Part shown: positions 1 to 10,268 of the stretch, one piece after another
How the letters are laid out: every line of letters starts with the position of its first letter
Numbering within the stretch: the stretch's first letter is position 1
Assembly (NCBI GenBank): GCA_003556605.1
Contig: PWQX01000264.1
Coordinates: 1-56,919, forward strand
Source of the DNA: Spirochaetaceae bacterium
GTDB taxonomy: Bacteria; Spirochaetota; Spirochaetia; DSM-27196; SLAA01
Reading direction: 5' to 3'
Length of the DNA: 56,919 bases
The notes under the pieces: generated by a model
Told to the model about the DNA's origin: nothing
Databases searched by the model: none
Seen by the model: only the letters and a program-made list of their open reading frames with translations
Program-made: the position numbers and the translations under genes

Positions 1-2138
1 CCGCTTTCCTCAAACTCCAGGGTGGGCTGCGAGAACTGCAGTCCGCGCTGAGAATGCCGTAATCCTAGACGGTACTCGCCGGTACGAATGCGGTCGATCA
101 GCACGCCGCTGATGCGCTGGTCACTGTCCAACTCAAACTCACCGTCTTCGGCTCGTAACACGTAGTCGTACGGCGCTGCTCCCTCGCGATCAAGGATGAT
201 TTCCTCTATTTGCCCTTCGGCCGTAAAACCGCGTCCGAGAATCTCGAGGCTGTAACGCCCGAGCATGTCGCGGCTACTGCTGACATTCCAGATCTCGGTC
301 GTCGGGATGTACTTGTTGGCCCGAAATACCAGAGTCTGCGTCTCTCCGACATTGCCTACGTCGTCGATAGGCATCACGCTCAAGGCGTAGATACCGTCGT
401 CGATGTTTCGGCGCGAGATATTTGGCGAGCGCGTCAGCACAGTTTCGGGAGGCGCGGGAATATCAACCTCCTCCGGCTCGATCTCGAGCTGCGGGCCGCC
501 GAGCCGTGTCAGCGACACCGAGTACCCTTCGAGGTTATCGTCGTCCGGTGGTTCCCACGACAACGTAAACGTGTTCGACAACAAGTATCCGTCCTCGTCC
601 GTTGGCGGCGGCATAAACGCCACCGGATCAGGAGGTGTGCGGTCGCGTTCGTACGCGACGGTGGCAGGTACCGACCAGTTTCCGGCACCGTCCTTGGCAA
701 CGATCCTGAAATACCAGCGGCCGTCTTGTTCGGCAGTCAAGCGCGCACGAAGCGTCCCGGCGTCGAATCGCGGCTCCAACGGAATCTCGGCTTCCGGATC
801 TTGGCTCCAAACATAGTTAAACGCCTTGATCCCGGACGGGTCCGGCGGCGGCCTCCAGGCTATCTCCACCTGTTCCCGCCGCGATCGACCACCGGCAGCG
901 AAGTCCACCGGCGTGACAAGCGGCGGGCTCACCCTTTGGTCCGGTTCCAGATAGGTCAGCGCGCTGCGGGTTCGGGTTTCCCAGTTGTGCCAGAACACGT
1001 GGATGCGTTCCCGGAACCGCATAGGAGCGGCGAACCGCGAAGCCCCGGCAATCAAGCTGAGATTCTGCTCCGCCCACACCTCACCGACTCGTCGCGATAA
1101 GTACACGTTACTGTTACCGCGCGGATTGTCGAACCACAGGACATATACGGTTTCGTCGTCGATGAGAATGCGCGGGTTATTCGCGATTTCGAGTCGCGTA
1201 GTAACCGGCTCGGGCCCTACAACGAACTGCGCATCGCCGTCAAGCTCCGCGTAGTACACCTGCGGAGTACCTCCGGCAACACGGCGCTCCCAGGCTAAAG
1301 CCAGGCGCCCATTTCTGTTTTCCAACACCGGGCGCTGATTATCGTATGCCAGCGAATCATCGGCCTCGCTTGGGTTGTAGAAATCGGTGAGGTGACGAGG
1401 CTCACTCCACGTCAGTCCGCCGTCGTCACTGCGGCTGTGAAACAGCTGATAGGTCGTCCGTTCACGCGGGTCGACGCTCTGGAACACCACATGCTCACGC
1501 CCGTTGAGCGAGGCGTGTGCTGGAAGGAAGCTGAGACCAAACTCGCGCCGATCGGCGAGCGGCTGCAATGACGCCCATTCGCTACCGTCTTCGGAGGTAC
1601 TGTATAAGATAGTTTGAATTAGACCGATGTTTTGACTCACGAACAGCAGCAGCCCACCGTTCGCCGTCTTGAATAATCGCGGTGAGACTATCGTAGTGTC
1701 GGACTCTACACCGCCGACATCCTCGAAACTACGACCGCCGTCGGTTGAGCGCAGCACACGCGTTTCGGTCGGTGACGTGGACGCCGCAACGTATAAGTGA
1801 TCACGGTTATCGATGCGTGCCGCGAACACCACCGGCGCCGACTCGCGACTGTACTCTATAGGGCCGGCGAAGCGGCGTTCCACCTGCCAAACGCGGCCAT
1901 CGACCGTTCTTCGGAGACTGAGATAGATCTCGCCGCGATTCTCTCCGGTTGGCACGATCTCCTGATAGACCACAACGGCGAAATCTTCACCGGCATGACT
2001 CTCGGGAAACCGCGCGTTGTCGGTCTCAACGTTGCGCGGCGGCTCGAAAAACAGGCTCTCAGCGTCTGCGAGCGCCGGCGCAGCGATTATGAGCACAATA
2101 GCGAAAGTTACCACCAGGTACAGCAGCCGCCTCGGCAT
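1..2138 (-). CDS. Large secreted/periplasmic protein with BNR/Asp-box propeller and FnIII-like repeats, N-terminal part only (runs off window start); resembles spirochaete BNR-HAMP-SpoIIE sensor phosphatases
   Basis: Not in the ORF track because there is no stop in the window. Manual translation from ATG 2138 (GTG 2144 possible, AGGGA SD upstream) gives signal peptide MPRRLLYLVVTFAIVLIIAAPALA, Asp-boxes STDGGRSF, SEDGSEW and SDDGGLTW, and FnIII-like segments WRPPPDPSGIKAFNY...DGAGNWS and ...DDVGNVG. The frame is still open at position 1. Confidence 0.85.
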   Translation of the reverse strand, partial: MPRRLLYLVVTFAIVLIIAAPALADAESLFFEPPRNVETDNARFPESHAGEDFAVVVYQEIVPTGENRGEIYLSLRRTVDGRVWQVERRFAGPIEYSRESAPVVFAARIDNRDHLYVAASTSPTETRVLRSTDGGRSFEDVGGVESDTTIVSPRLFKTANGGLLLFVSQNIGLIQTILYSTSEDGSEWASLQPLADRREFGLSFLPAHASLNGREHVVFQSVDPRERTTYQLFHSRSDDGGLTWSEPRHLTDFYNPSEADDSLAYDNQRPVLENRNGRLALAWERRVAGGTPQVYYAELDGDAQFVVGPEPVTTRLEIANNPRILIDDETVYVLWFDNPRGNSNVYLSRRVGEVWAEQNLSLIAGASRFAAPMRFRERIHVFWHNWETRTRSALTYLEPDQRVSPPLVTPVDFAAGGRSRREQVEIAWRPPPDPSGIKAFNYVWSQDPEAEIPLEPRFDAGTLRARLTAEQDGRWYFRIVAKDGAGNWSVPATVAYERDRTPPDPVAFMPPPTDEDGYLLSNTFTLSWEPPDDDNLEGYSVSLTRLGGPQLEIEPEEVDIPAPPETVLTRSPNISRRNIDDGIYALSVMPIDDVGNVGETQTLVFRANKYIPTTEIWNVSSSRDMLGRYSLEILGRGFTAEGQIEEIILDREGAAPYDYVLRAEDGEFELDSDQRISGVLIDRIRTGEYRLGLRHSQRGLQFSQPTLEFEES

Positions 2139-2156
2139 CACCACGGTTCGCTATCC

Positions 2157-5100
2157 CTATATCCCCAACCGGGAGGTGATCCGCCGGTGCAGTTGCTGCA
2201 GCGGAGGATACCCGGCGTTAGCTTCGTCTTGCATGAGATTCTGCACAATAGAGTACGCCTGTGCAACGCTGCCCTGAATAAACAACGCTTCGGCCCGGCG
2301 GTACCGCTGCTCGGCAGTTGTCGACAGCGCCACTGTCGCCTGCCCGCCGGTGCGAATACGGATTTGGTCCAACAGTGCCTGCGCCTCGCGATTGTTCGGA
2401 TTGAGATTCAGCGCCTGTTCCAGCAATTGCATCGCCGCACGATCTTGCCCCAACCCGCCTCCGGCGATGCCCTGCGCCTGCGCCAAGAGCTGGTTTGATT
2501 CCTGCTCCTGAGCGACGGTCACCGGATCGGGCCGCAACCCTGCCTCGATTTCCAGCTCGACGATGAGATCTTGTAGCCCGGGGTAATCGGGATTGATTTC
2601 GCGCAGCACTTCCAACTCGGTGAGAGTTGTAATCGTGTCGGTGGTATCACGCTCATCCAACACATCCTCGAGCCTTCGCTCGAATACCTGCATGAAGTTA
2701 TCGCCTTCCCGGAGCTCAATAATACGCAGTTGCAGCAAACGCGCTTCCCAGTTGTTCGGCCGTACCGCGACAACGTTTTCCAGATTGCGCTCGGCGCGGT
2801 CGAGGTAATCCTCGGCCTGTTCAGGCGAGGCGTTCTGCTGCAATTGGCGACCCCGTTCGAAGTCCTCCTGCGCAATGTTGAGGTAATTCGCCAACACCGG
2901 GTACAGCGGGTCGGCTTCTGTGAGCACCCGCTCGTCCTCAAAGTTCAGCGCGGCGTTCACAAGCCCCAGCAACCTTTCGATCTCGGTGTTCTCGGTAACG
3001 TTGGTTTGCTCCCACAAGCGACGCGCCTCCAGCAGCTCGCCCTGAGCGGGGATATACTCCTCGTTCGTGTAGTATTCGTTCGCGATCCGGATCCGTTCAC
3101 GCACCTCCTGAACGATGCGCTGGTTTTGCGCCTCTTGTATCTCGAGCCCCAGTGCGACGATGCGCTCATCGATCTCAGAGCGAAACTCCGGATCGTCCTT
3201 CAGCTCCAGCGACTCGTAGAGTTTGCTGCGCGCCTCTTCCCACAGCTCGCGTGCAGTCTCGACCTCAAGGGCCGCAATCGCTTGCTCGGTTTGCGCGAGC
3301 AGCTCCTCACCCTCGGCGCGCAACTCCTCAGCCCGCGCGAGGAACATATCGCTCGTGTCAAGTATCTCCGCCATCCGTGCCGACACGTCATCGAATAGCC
3401 CGGCGAAAGCTACCGTTCGCTCAATCCATAACTCAACTAAGGGTTCCTGCCGCACCTGATCGTCGCTCGCGCCGACCAGCTCCGCATACCCCCGAACCCG
3501 CGGAGCCAGCTCCGCAAGCTGCGGGATTAGCGGTATGATCAGCTCCCGGGCCTCCACCGGATACTGCAAAACCGGCACCTCTTCAGCGATTAACGGCGCA
3601 TCAACACTCGGGACCAAGTCCGGAAGAGCCTCCGGCGCCGGGTCGTCGATCGGCGGGGGGTCTTGCCCAAGTTCCGCCGCTGAGACCGGTTCCGGTGGCT
3701 GGGCACCGGGAGGGCGTTCGCGTCCCGTTAAATAGCGTTCAGCCCGTTCCACGTTTTCCACGATTTCGTCGAATCCCCGGCTGGCATCGCTATACTGATA
3801 CTCGGCGAGCTGCACAAATGCTTCACCCTCACGTTGCAGCAGGGTTTCTCGATACGCCGTGAGTTGATCGAGCGTCTCGGCTACGACACTCTCGCTCAAG
3901 GCGGTACGTGTATCCTGTAAGCTCGTTTCAAGCAACCCGGCGCGCCGCTGCCACAGATCGAGACGCTCAGAGGTTGAGACTCGGCCTTCACTCAGGTCCT
4001 CATAGGAGACCAAGAGCGCCGAACGCGTTTCGTTGTATACCTCGCGCTCGTCGGGAGCAATCGCCGGCTCAACGGCTACAGGTATTTCGGACGCCGATAG
4101 GGTCTGCGCGACCTCGGCATAAGCATGGGCCTGTTCTCGTTGTAGCTGTGTTTCAAGGTATACCGGAGCCATACCCCGCGCCACACGCTCCAACTGGTCA
4201 ATCAGTGCATCGTGGGGGTGAAGGTCCTCGGTCTCCTCGCCTTCAGCGGGCTCAAGCACCTCGGGACCCGCCTCATCGAGATCCGGTCCGGACCGCTGCA
4301 GCACAGCAGTCACCACAGCCTCGAAATCCTGTTCGGCGTCTGTGAAGAGCCTCAGCGCATCGAAATAGCGTTCTTCCTCTACGCGCAGCACGCCGGCCTC
4401 AATGCGGTCACGCCCCACCACCTGCAACGGCGCGCGGAAACGCGCGACCGCCTGATCAAGCAGGAGTGCAGTTGCACCCAACACCCCTTGATAACGGCGC
4501 TCCCGGATGCTACCCACCGACAAGACACGCAGAAACGTTACGTGCCAGTCAACCGGTTCATCCGGGAACTCGTCCGCCACCCGCTCCCGCGCCGCCATCG
4601 CCTCAGAGGCCGCCGCCCCGAGCTCCTGCTCAAGCACTACAATTTCCTCGAGCGCAGCCATCAACCCCGAGGAGGCCTGCTCGAGCGTCTGCGCCGAGCG
4701 CGTGTCGGGGTACCGCTCGGCTTGTCCGACAGCCGTAAGCACCGCATCAACCGAGCTAATCACCGCGTCGGTCCACGTTATTAGCCCGCTACGCAAGCTG
4801 CTGATTTGTGCTACAAACTCCGCGTCGTACCCGCGCTCCTCGAAATTGTCGCGCCGTAGCTCAAACCCTTCACGATAGCGCTCGAGAGCATCCCCATAGC
4901 GCTGTTCTTCAAGCAACGCAACCGCGTCGACGAGGATACGACGCACCAACTCGCGGTCATAGGCGAGCTGGGCAACGAAGCGTGCGGTCCGAATCTGTTC
5001 GCGAATCTGCGGACTCGGATGAGATTCTAATGACTCCATTTCATCTATAATGCTTAGTGTAGTCTCAAGATCTTCAGGACTCTCGTCTAAGTGGTCAAGT

Positions 5101-5360
5101 AGACGATCAAAAAGCCGGTTGTAGTCGGTACGAACCGCCCGAATTCGGCGCAGCAGCGCTTCAGCTTCATCTATGCGCTCCGGATGCGTTGAGATCACCT
5201 GCTGCAGCACAACCACGGCTTCGTTGTAACGCTCTTCGTCCATGAGGTCCCGGGCCTGCTGCACTGGATCCTCGCGCTGCCCGGCTGCAGACACAGCTTG
5301 CCCGCTGATCAAGACGAAAGAGCACAGGGCGAGAATTGTGACGATGCGTCGACGCCGCAC
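2157..5360 (-). CDS. Large exported alpha-helical/TPR-like protein (1067 aa), very acidic
   Basis: Long ORF with signal peptide and TPR-like helices (RYNEAVVVLQQVI, LEQALNLNPNNREAQALL), plus a Pro-rich linker; translationally adjacent to the BNR gene. Confidence 0.85.
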   Translation of the reverse strand: MRRRRIVTILALCSFVLISGQAVSAAGQREDPVQQARDLMDEERYNEAVVVLQQVISTHPERIDEAEALLRRIRAVRTDYNRLFDRLLDHLDESPEDLETTLSIIDEMESLESHPSPQIREQIRTARFVAQLAYDRELVRRILVDAVALLEEQRYGDALERYREGFELRRDNFEERGYDAEFVAQISSLRSGLITWTDAVISSVDAVLTAVGQAERYPDTRSAQTLEQASSGLMAALEEIVVLEQELGAAASEAMAARERVADEFPDEPVDWHVTFLRVLSVGSIRERRYQGVLGATALLLDQAVARFRAPLQVVGRDRIEAGVLRVEEERYFDALRLFTDAEQDFEAVVTAVLQRSGPDLDEAGPEVLEPAEGEETEDLHPHDALIDQLERVARGMAPVYLETQLQREQAHAYAEVAQTLSASEIPVAVEPAIAPDEREVYNETRSALLVSYEDLSEGRVSTSERLDLWQRRAGLLETSLQDTRTALSESVVAETLDQLTAYRETLLQREGEAFVQLAEYQYSDASRGFDEIVENVERAERYLTGRERPPGAQPPEPVSAAELGQDPPPIDDPAPEALPDLVPSVDAPLIAEEVPVLQYPVEARELIIPLIPQLAELAPRVRGYAELVGASDDQVRQEPLVELWIERTVAFAGLFDDVSARMAEILDTSDMFLARAEELRAEGEELLAQTEQAIAALEVETARELWEEARSKLYESLELKDDPEFRSEIDERIVALGLEIQEAQNQRIVQEVRERIRIANEYYTNEEYIPAQGELLEARRLWEQTNVTENTEIERLLGLVNAALNFEDERVLTEADPLYPVLANYLNIAQEDFERGRQLQQNASPEQAEDYLDRAERNLENVVAVRPNNWEARLLQLRIIELREGDNFMQVFERRLEDVLDERDTTDTITTLTELEVLREINPDYPGLQDLIVELEIEAGLRPDPVTVAQEQESNQLLAQAQGIAGGGLGQDRAAMQLLEQALNLNPNNREAQALLDQIRIRTGGQATVALSTTAEQRYRRAEALFIQGSVAQAYSIVQNLMQDEANAGYPPLQQLHRRITSRLGI

Positions 5361-5532
5361 GCGGGTGTTAGACCTCCACCCTATAGGGAAACAAGCTTAT
5401 CACTATAATACTACATGAAATATCGGCATAACTACCGGTCGGACCAACCACTACCCGCCGCGTATACCTCTATCGCGGCGCCCTCCCGCGGCCGATAATG
5501 AAGTAAGCGACTATTTGCGCCGTAACACGGTG

Positions 5533-5561
5533 TGGATAATCAAATAACGGGGCGATATAAT
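5533..5561 (+). promoter_or_regulatory. Sigma70-type promoter for the UPF0164 gene
   Basis: TGGATA (5533-5538), 17 nt, TATAAT (5556-5561); ATG at 5574. Confidence 0.6.
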
Positions 5562-5573
5562 CTATCGGGTGAA

Positions 5574-6890
5574 ATGAAAAAGTCGGTACTTTTCCTGGTA
5601 TTTGCCTTCATCTCCCTCCCGGCTTCAGCGAGCGACTTCGCAGACGCCTACGGTGACGTCGCTGGTTTGTTCGGGATCGACGCCGCACGCAGCACCGGTT
5701 TGACCGCATTCCCGGTGCTCACCATACCGGTGGGAGGCCGCTACGAAGGCCTCGGAACCGCTTACACGGCGGTATCGCGTGATACCGGGTTCTTTGACGC
5801 CAATCCTGCGGCCAGCAGTTCCATCGAACGTACCGAGCTGGCGCTGCAGCACACCAATCTCATCGCCGACGCTAATATGGAGTCTATTGCGTATACGAGC
5901 CGGTTTACGAACTTCGGATTCGGCGCAGCCGGCAAGTTTCTGCATGTGCCGTTCACCGAATATGATGCGCTCGGCGACCAGGTTAACACCATTCGCTACA
6001 CCGAGAGCGTTGCCGGTGTGAACGCCTCGTACCGCTTCTTGAGCTCATTCTACTCATACGGGCTGGCGGTTGGTACCAACGTCAAGACCGCCTACCGGCA
6101 CATCCCCGCGGCGATTGAGCCCGGCCAGTCGGCGTTTGCCTACATGGCCGATTTTGGTCTACTTACGCGCTTCAACTTCCTCAAGTTCTACTCCTCCCGG
6201 GAACGCAATTTCTCGGTAGGGCTGACCGCGCGTAACGTTGGCCCGCCGGTGCTCGACGACCCATTGCCGACCAGCATTAACGCCGGCATCGCCTACGCTC
6301 CGCTCAGACCGGTTGAGTTTTCCTTCGACCTGCAGGTGCCCATCCAACCGTTCACCGATTTGCCGACTGAGCCGATGGCGTACGCGGGCGGGATCTCGGC
6401 CTCAATCACCCGATTCTTTGGGCTGCACAGCGGATTTCTGCTCAAGGGCGGCAACCCGCGCAGCACGATCGGAGGCGTGTTGGATTTTGAGAACACACGA
6501 TTCGTCGCCAACTACACGCTCGACATGACCACTCAAGTCGGCACTGTCGACCGCTTCAGCGTCGAGGCGGCGTTCAAGTTCGGCGACCGCGGGCGCGCCG
6601 AACGCGCCGAGCAGGCCGAAGAGTACTACGTGCAGGCCCTGCTGGCGTTCGCCGACGGAGAGCTGGAACGCACGGTGACCCTCACCGAACGCGCGCTTGA
6701 AATAGACGCCGGTTTCACACCTGCTGAGGAGACCCTGCGCACGGCCGAGCGCTCGCTTGCAATGCAGCGTCGTCTGGAGCAAATCCAGCTCGATGAGACC
6801 ATTCCGGCTCCCGACTTCGACGAAGGATTCGAGGATTCACCGCTACCCGGCGGCGGCGCGCCTGACGAATCCAACGAGACCAACACTTAG
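5574..6890 (+). CDS. UPF0164-family (FadL/PorV-like) outer-membrane beta-barrel protein with C-terminal TPR-like helices
   Basis: Signal peptide MKKSVLFLVFAFISLPASA; N-terminal GGRYEGLGTAYTAVSRDTGFFDANPAAS motif typical of FadL/PorV-like barrels; alternating beta strands; helical tail. Start placed at ATG 5574. Confidence 0.8.
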   Translation: MKKSVLFLVFAFISLPASASDFADAYGDVAGLFGIDAARSTGLTAFPVLTIPVGGRYEGLGTAYTAVSRDTGFFDANPAASSSIERTELALQHTNLIADANMESIAYTSRFTNFGFGAAGKFLHVPFTEYDALGDQVNTIRYTESVAGVNASYRFLSSFYSYGLAVGTNVKTAYRHIPAAIEPGQSAFAYMADFGLLTRFNFLKFYSSRERNFSVGLTARNVGPPVLDDPLPTSINAGIAYAPLRPVEFSFDLQVPIQPFTDLPTEPMAYAGGISASITRFFGLHSGFLLKGGNPRSTIGGVLDFENTRFVANYTLDMTTQVGTVDRFSVEAAFKFGDRGRAERAEQAEEYYVQALLAFADGELERTVTLTERALEIDAGFTPAEETLRTAERSLAMQRRLEQIQLDETIPAPDFDEGFEDSPLPGGGAPDESNETNT

Positions 6891-6938
6891 GGTCTAGACG
6901 CCACCCAAAGCGTGTGGACGGCCCCGCAGAGAGGCTCC

Positions 6939-7751
6939 TTAGTTGGCAGGGGAGCGGTTACACTGGCGTAAGGCCGCTTGCACCGACACAAGCAGACCGA
7001 ATAAGGCTATATCGCCGGTCGCATTGACGGCCCAACTCTTGATCGCTGTGACCTCGCGTCTACTGACCTCGCGCGTACCCCCGGAGTCGGCGGCGAGCCG
7101 TACCAGCTTTCGCGCTTTGCGCCGATATCCGGACCCGCTGAAGCGCAGCGCCAGAAGCCGGACAAGCTGCTCGGCGAGCTCATATTCATGATCGCGAACA
7201 AGCTCGCCATGTTGCGCCAGCAGTCCATCAACGACTGCCTCCGGACTCAAAGACTCCAAATGATGGAGGTGCTCCTCGAGACGGTACACAAAGTCGTGTT
7301 CGCTGAACACGATTCGATCGAGCTGCTCACGCAGTGTCTCGCGCTTCTGCACCGTTGACTCCGCTGCGAGCCGGCGGCGCGCCAAAGCTTGATGCGTGGC
7401 AACGCCTGCCAAGACTGCTCCAACGAGATGCACTGCAATTGGGACTGCGCCCCTGAGCAGAAACGAAAGCACGAAGTAACTGAGAACAAACGCAGCCGCG
7501 GCGGTCACGAATCGCGGAATGAAGCTGCGCTCTAACGCCCAGCGAGCCACTGCATTATCAAGACAGGAGTACAGCTCGTCGCGAAACCCGTGCAGCGCCG
7601 CCAGCTGCGGCTCACGCCCGTACACGCCCTTAACCGCACCTTGTTCCAACACTTCAAGCATTCTGTGCGGATCATTCATGGGATGCAGGAATAGCGAGGC
7701 GCCATTCCCCCGTGCAATGTGGAAGATCACGAGTGGTAGACCGTCTTCCAT
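6939..7751 (-). CDS. Hypothetical membrane protein with two TM helices
   Basis: 270-aa ORF with a central hydrophobic hairpin; TTGACA(7789-7784)-17-TAAGTT promoter just upstream. Confidence 0.7.
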   Translation of the reverse strand: MEDGLPLVIFHIARGNGASLFLHPMNDPHRMLEVLEQGAVKGVYGREPQLAALHGFRDELYSCLDNAVARWALERSFIPRFVTAAAAFVLSYFVLSFLLRGAVPIAVHLVGAVLAGVATHQALARRRLAAESTVQKRETLREQLDRIVFSEHDFVYRLEEHLHHLESLSPEAVVDGLLAQHGELVRDHEYELAEQLVRLLALRFSGSGYRRKARKLVRLAADSGGTREVSRREVTAIKSWAVNATGDIALFGLLVSVQAALRQCNRSPAN

Positions 7752-7916
7752 AGCATTTCAAACTTAGCCGTGCACACGTCGACTGTCAAGCAAAGCGAAC
7801 CTCAAAAGGGGACGGTTTCAGGACGGGATGCCGGCGCGGGCCGAGCCCCGGCGACTGTACATCCGCACCGCCGGTGGGTGGACGCGCCCGCTCACCGGCA
7901 CTATGCTATGGCCGTC

Positions 7917-8729
7917 ATGAAGCTATTCGAAATCCCCGAAGACACCGTGATTCGGCCTCCCGCCGCGCCGCGCTTCTTCCCCGGCGATGCGCGCGCCGTA
8001 CTGTTGTTGCACGGGTATGCCGGCAGTGCCAAAGCGCTCGAGTATCTCGGCGAGCGCATTCACGAGTCGGGCTGCACCGTTTCGATTCCACGGTTACCTG
8101 GGCACGGCACCAACGCGGCTGATTTTGCCCAGACATCAGCCGAAGACTGGCTTCGCAGCGCCGTAGACAATTACCTCGAGCTTAATCGCACTCATCAGCA
8201 GGTCGCGATCTGCGGTCTTTCAATGGGAGCTGTACTTGCGCTGTTGTTGGCGGCCCGCTTTCGCCCTGCGGCGATCGTAGCGCTGGCTCCGGCACTCGTG
8301 GTGCAGAAACGGCTGTTCCCCATGACCCGGGCTGCGCGGTTCTTCGTGAAACGGGTTTCGAAGCCGTACACGCCCAACGAGGATGAGGATGCCGATCTGC
8401 AGTATCTGCACGAGCAGTACTGGTCGCATCACTGGATCGAACAGTTGGCCGGGTTACACCGGCTCATACGTTTGGCGCGCACCTCGCTTGGGCGTGTAAG
8501 CGCGCCAACGCTGACGATCTTATCGGAGCAGGACCAGACCGTCCCGGTCACGGTCGCCGGACTAATCGAGGAAGGAATCGGCGCGCCGATCAACGAGTAC
8601 GTCCTGCTCAGCGAATCGGGACACGTATTGTCCAACGACGTGGAGCGCGACCGTGTCGCCGATCTGACAGTTGAGTGGTTCAACCGTCATCTCACCATTA
8701 TACCGTACAGCGACCCCCTTGCTGATTAG
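7917..8729 (+). CDS. Alpha/beta-hydrolase carboxylesterase / monoacylglycerol lipase-like
   Basis: LLLHGY, LPGHG, nucleophile motif GLSMG, EQDQTV Asp and SGHVL His; start at ATG 7917 or 7908 rather than the ORF-track 7770. Confidence 0.9.
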   Translation: MKLFEIPEDTVIRPPAAPRFFPGDARAVLLLHGYAGSAKALEYLGERIHESGCTVSIPRLPGHGTNAADFAQTSAEDWLRSAVDNYLELNRTHQQVAICGLSMGAVLALLLAARFRPAAIVALAPALVVQKRLFPMTRAARFFVKRVSKPYTPNEDEDADLQYLHEQYWSHHWIEQLAGLHRLIRLARTSLGRVSAPTLTILSEQDQTVPVTVAGLIEEGIGAPINEYVLLSESGHVLSNDVERDRVADLTVEWFNRHLTIIPYSDPLAD

Positions 8730-8755
8730 GGTGCGCAGAATCTATAATGGATGCG

Positions 8756-9538
8756 ATGCTCGGGTTTATGATCAAAAAAGCGTTTTTCGACACGTGGGAC
8801 AACCTGCTGCCCATCATGGGGTTGAACTTGTTGTTCTTGGTGCTGATCGCGATTCCCTTCAGCGCCGCGCCGCTGCTGGCGGCTGCGACGGAGCCGGGCG
8901 CCGCCGTAGTCTTTGCGATCGGGCTGCTAGTTATGTTCGTGTACGCCGGTGCCGTTTCTGACGTCATCTGCAAAGTGACGGACTACCAGAGTATAGAGCT
9001 GCGCGAGTTGTTGGCGGCATTTCGGAAGACCTACGCCGGCAGCCTGTTATTTGCCGCAGTGTTCCTGGTGCACCTAGTTGTGTTGGCGATCTCGGTTCCG
9101 GTGTACTTCGCGATGGAGCATCTCTTGGGATTGCTCGCGTTGGTCGTATTGTTCTGGGTGAGTATCATCTGGTGGTTTTCGTGCCAGTTCTACTTTCCCA
9201 TCCGCTCACGGCTCGGTGACAAGCCGCTGAAGGCTTTGAAGAAAAGCTTCATTGTCTTCTTCGATAATCCCGCTTTCGCGGCGTTTACCGGCGCCGGCTG
9301 CTTCTTCCTCATCCTCGGCTCGTATTTCATGCCTTTGTTCTTATTGATCCCCGGCCCTACCGGGCTCATGGTCTGGATACATGTGGGGTTCAAGATGCGC
9401 TTATACAAGTATGACTATCTCGAGGAACATCCCGGAACTCAGCGCAAGAGAATACCGTGGCGCGCGTTGCTCAGTGAGGATCGCGATAAGGTCGGTCCGC
9501 GGACCCTGCGAGGGATGATCTTCCCGTGGAAGGAGTAG
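8756..9538 (+). CDS. Conserved-looking polytopic membrane protein
   Basis: About 6 hydrophobic segments; ends in MIFPWKE. TATAAT at 8743-8748 overlaps the track's ATG 8747, favouring ATG 8756. Confidence 0.75.
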   Translation: MLGFMIKKAFFDTWDNLLPIMGLNLLFLVLIAIPFSAAPLLAAATEPGAAVVFAIGLLVMFVYAGAVSDVICKVTDYQSIELRELLAAFRKTYAGSLLFAAVFLVHLVVLAISVPVYFAMEHLLGLLALVVLFWVSIIWWFSCQFYFPIRSRLGDKPLKALKKSFIVFFDNPAFAAFTGAGCFFLILGSYFMPLFLLIPGPTGLMVWIHVGFKMRLYKYDYLEEHPGTQRKRIPWRALLSEDRDKVGPRTLRGMIFPWKE

Positions 9539-10238
9539 CTGCACTCTCGTCTGCGGATATCGTCCCTGCGTCGTACCAGAAGCGTGCCAGATACACAAAC
9601 GGCGTGTCCGCCACAGCCACCAGCAGTTTCAGCACATACGTGGTGATCACGATCTCGAGCAGCACCGTGGCCTGAAACACGCCGAGAAACGCAATCAGAG
9701 TAAAGATGACCGAATCCAAGAGCTGACTCACAGTTGTACTCGCGGTGTTGCGCAACCAAATGAACCGGCGTCCCGGGAACCGCCGCCGCCAGGCCCCATA
9801 AGCCCACACGTCGTGCAGTTGGGCCGTGAGATAGGCGATCAAACTCGCAACAGTGATTCGCGGCAAAACCCCAAAGATGGTCACCAGTGAGTCGTGTGCA
9901 AAATCGTCCGCCGCCGGTTCAAACCAAAGCGCCAACACCATCAAAGCGGTGAATACTAACAGACCGGCGAACCCCAGGTAAGTCGCGCGCCGTGCCGAAC
10001 GTGCGCCGTAGTTCTCCGACAGGATATCGGTCACGAGGAACGATCCGGCATACACGATATTGCCGAGCGTCGCCGTCAACCCAAACAGCTCAACAGTTTT
10101 CAACACCTGGATGTTTGCCGTAATAGCCGCCAGCGGCATCCAGGCCAGCAGCCCTACCCGCCCGAAGAGGCGATATACCACGAGGATCGCGCCGAAGTTA
10201 ACCAGTAATAAGACCGACCATAAGAGCTCATTCGTCAT
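9471..10238 (-). CDS. Queuosine-precursor transporter, VUT/YhhQ (DUF165) family
   Basis: Motifs ANIQVLK, TLGNIVY..FLVTDILSENYG, ASLIAYLTAQLHDV, WLRNTASTTVSQLLDSVIF, DTPFVY. Confidence 0.9.
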   Translation of the reverse strand: MTNELLWSVLLLVNFGAILVVYRLFGRVGLLAWMPLAAITANIQVLKTVELFGLTATLGNIVYAGSFLVTDILSENYGARSARRATYLGFAGLLVFTALMVLALWFEPAADDFAHDSLVTIFGVLPRITVASLIAYLTAQLHDVWAYGAWRRRFPGRRFIWLRNTASTTVSQLLDSVIFTLIAFLGVFQATVLLEIVITTYVLKLLVAVADTPFVYLARFWYDAGTISADESAATPSTGRSSLAGSADRPYRDPH

Positions 10239-10268
10239 CTGCGTGCCGCCCTTCCATGAAAACCGAAA

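Noticed and set aside
210-2498. Plus-strand ORFs of 296 aa and 233 aa
   Set aside because: Antisense shadows of the real minus-strand genes; no recognisable motifs
5531-5539. Perfect DnaA box TGTGGATAA overlapping a -35 element (another, TTATCCACA, at 42306-42314)
   Set aside because: Isolated single boxes, one inside a gene; no cluster, unwinding element or dnaA gene, so not an origin. Chance occurrence is plausible.
8099-8108. TGGGCACGGC matching the tRNA-Arg 3' end, as a possible att site
   Set aside because: Only 10 bp and it encodes the conserved PGHG motif of the esterase
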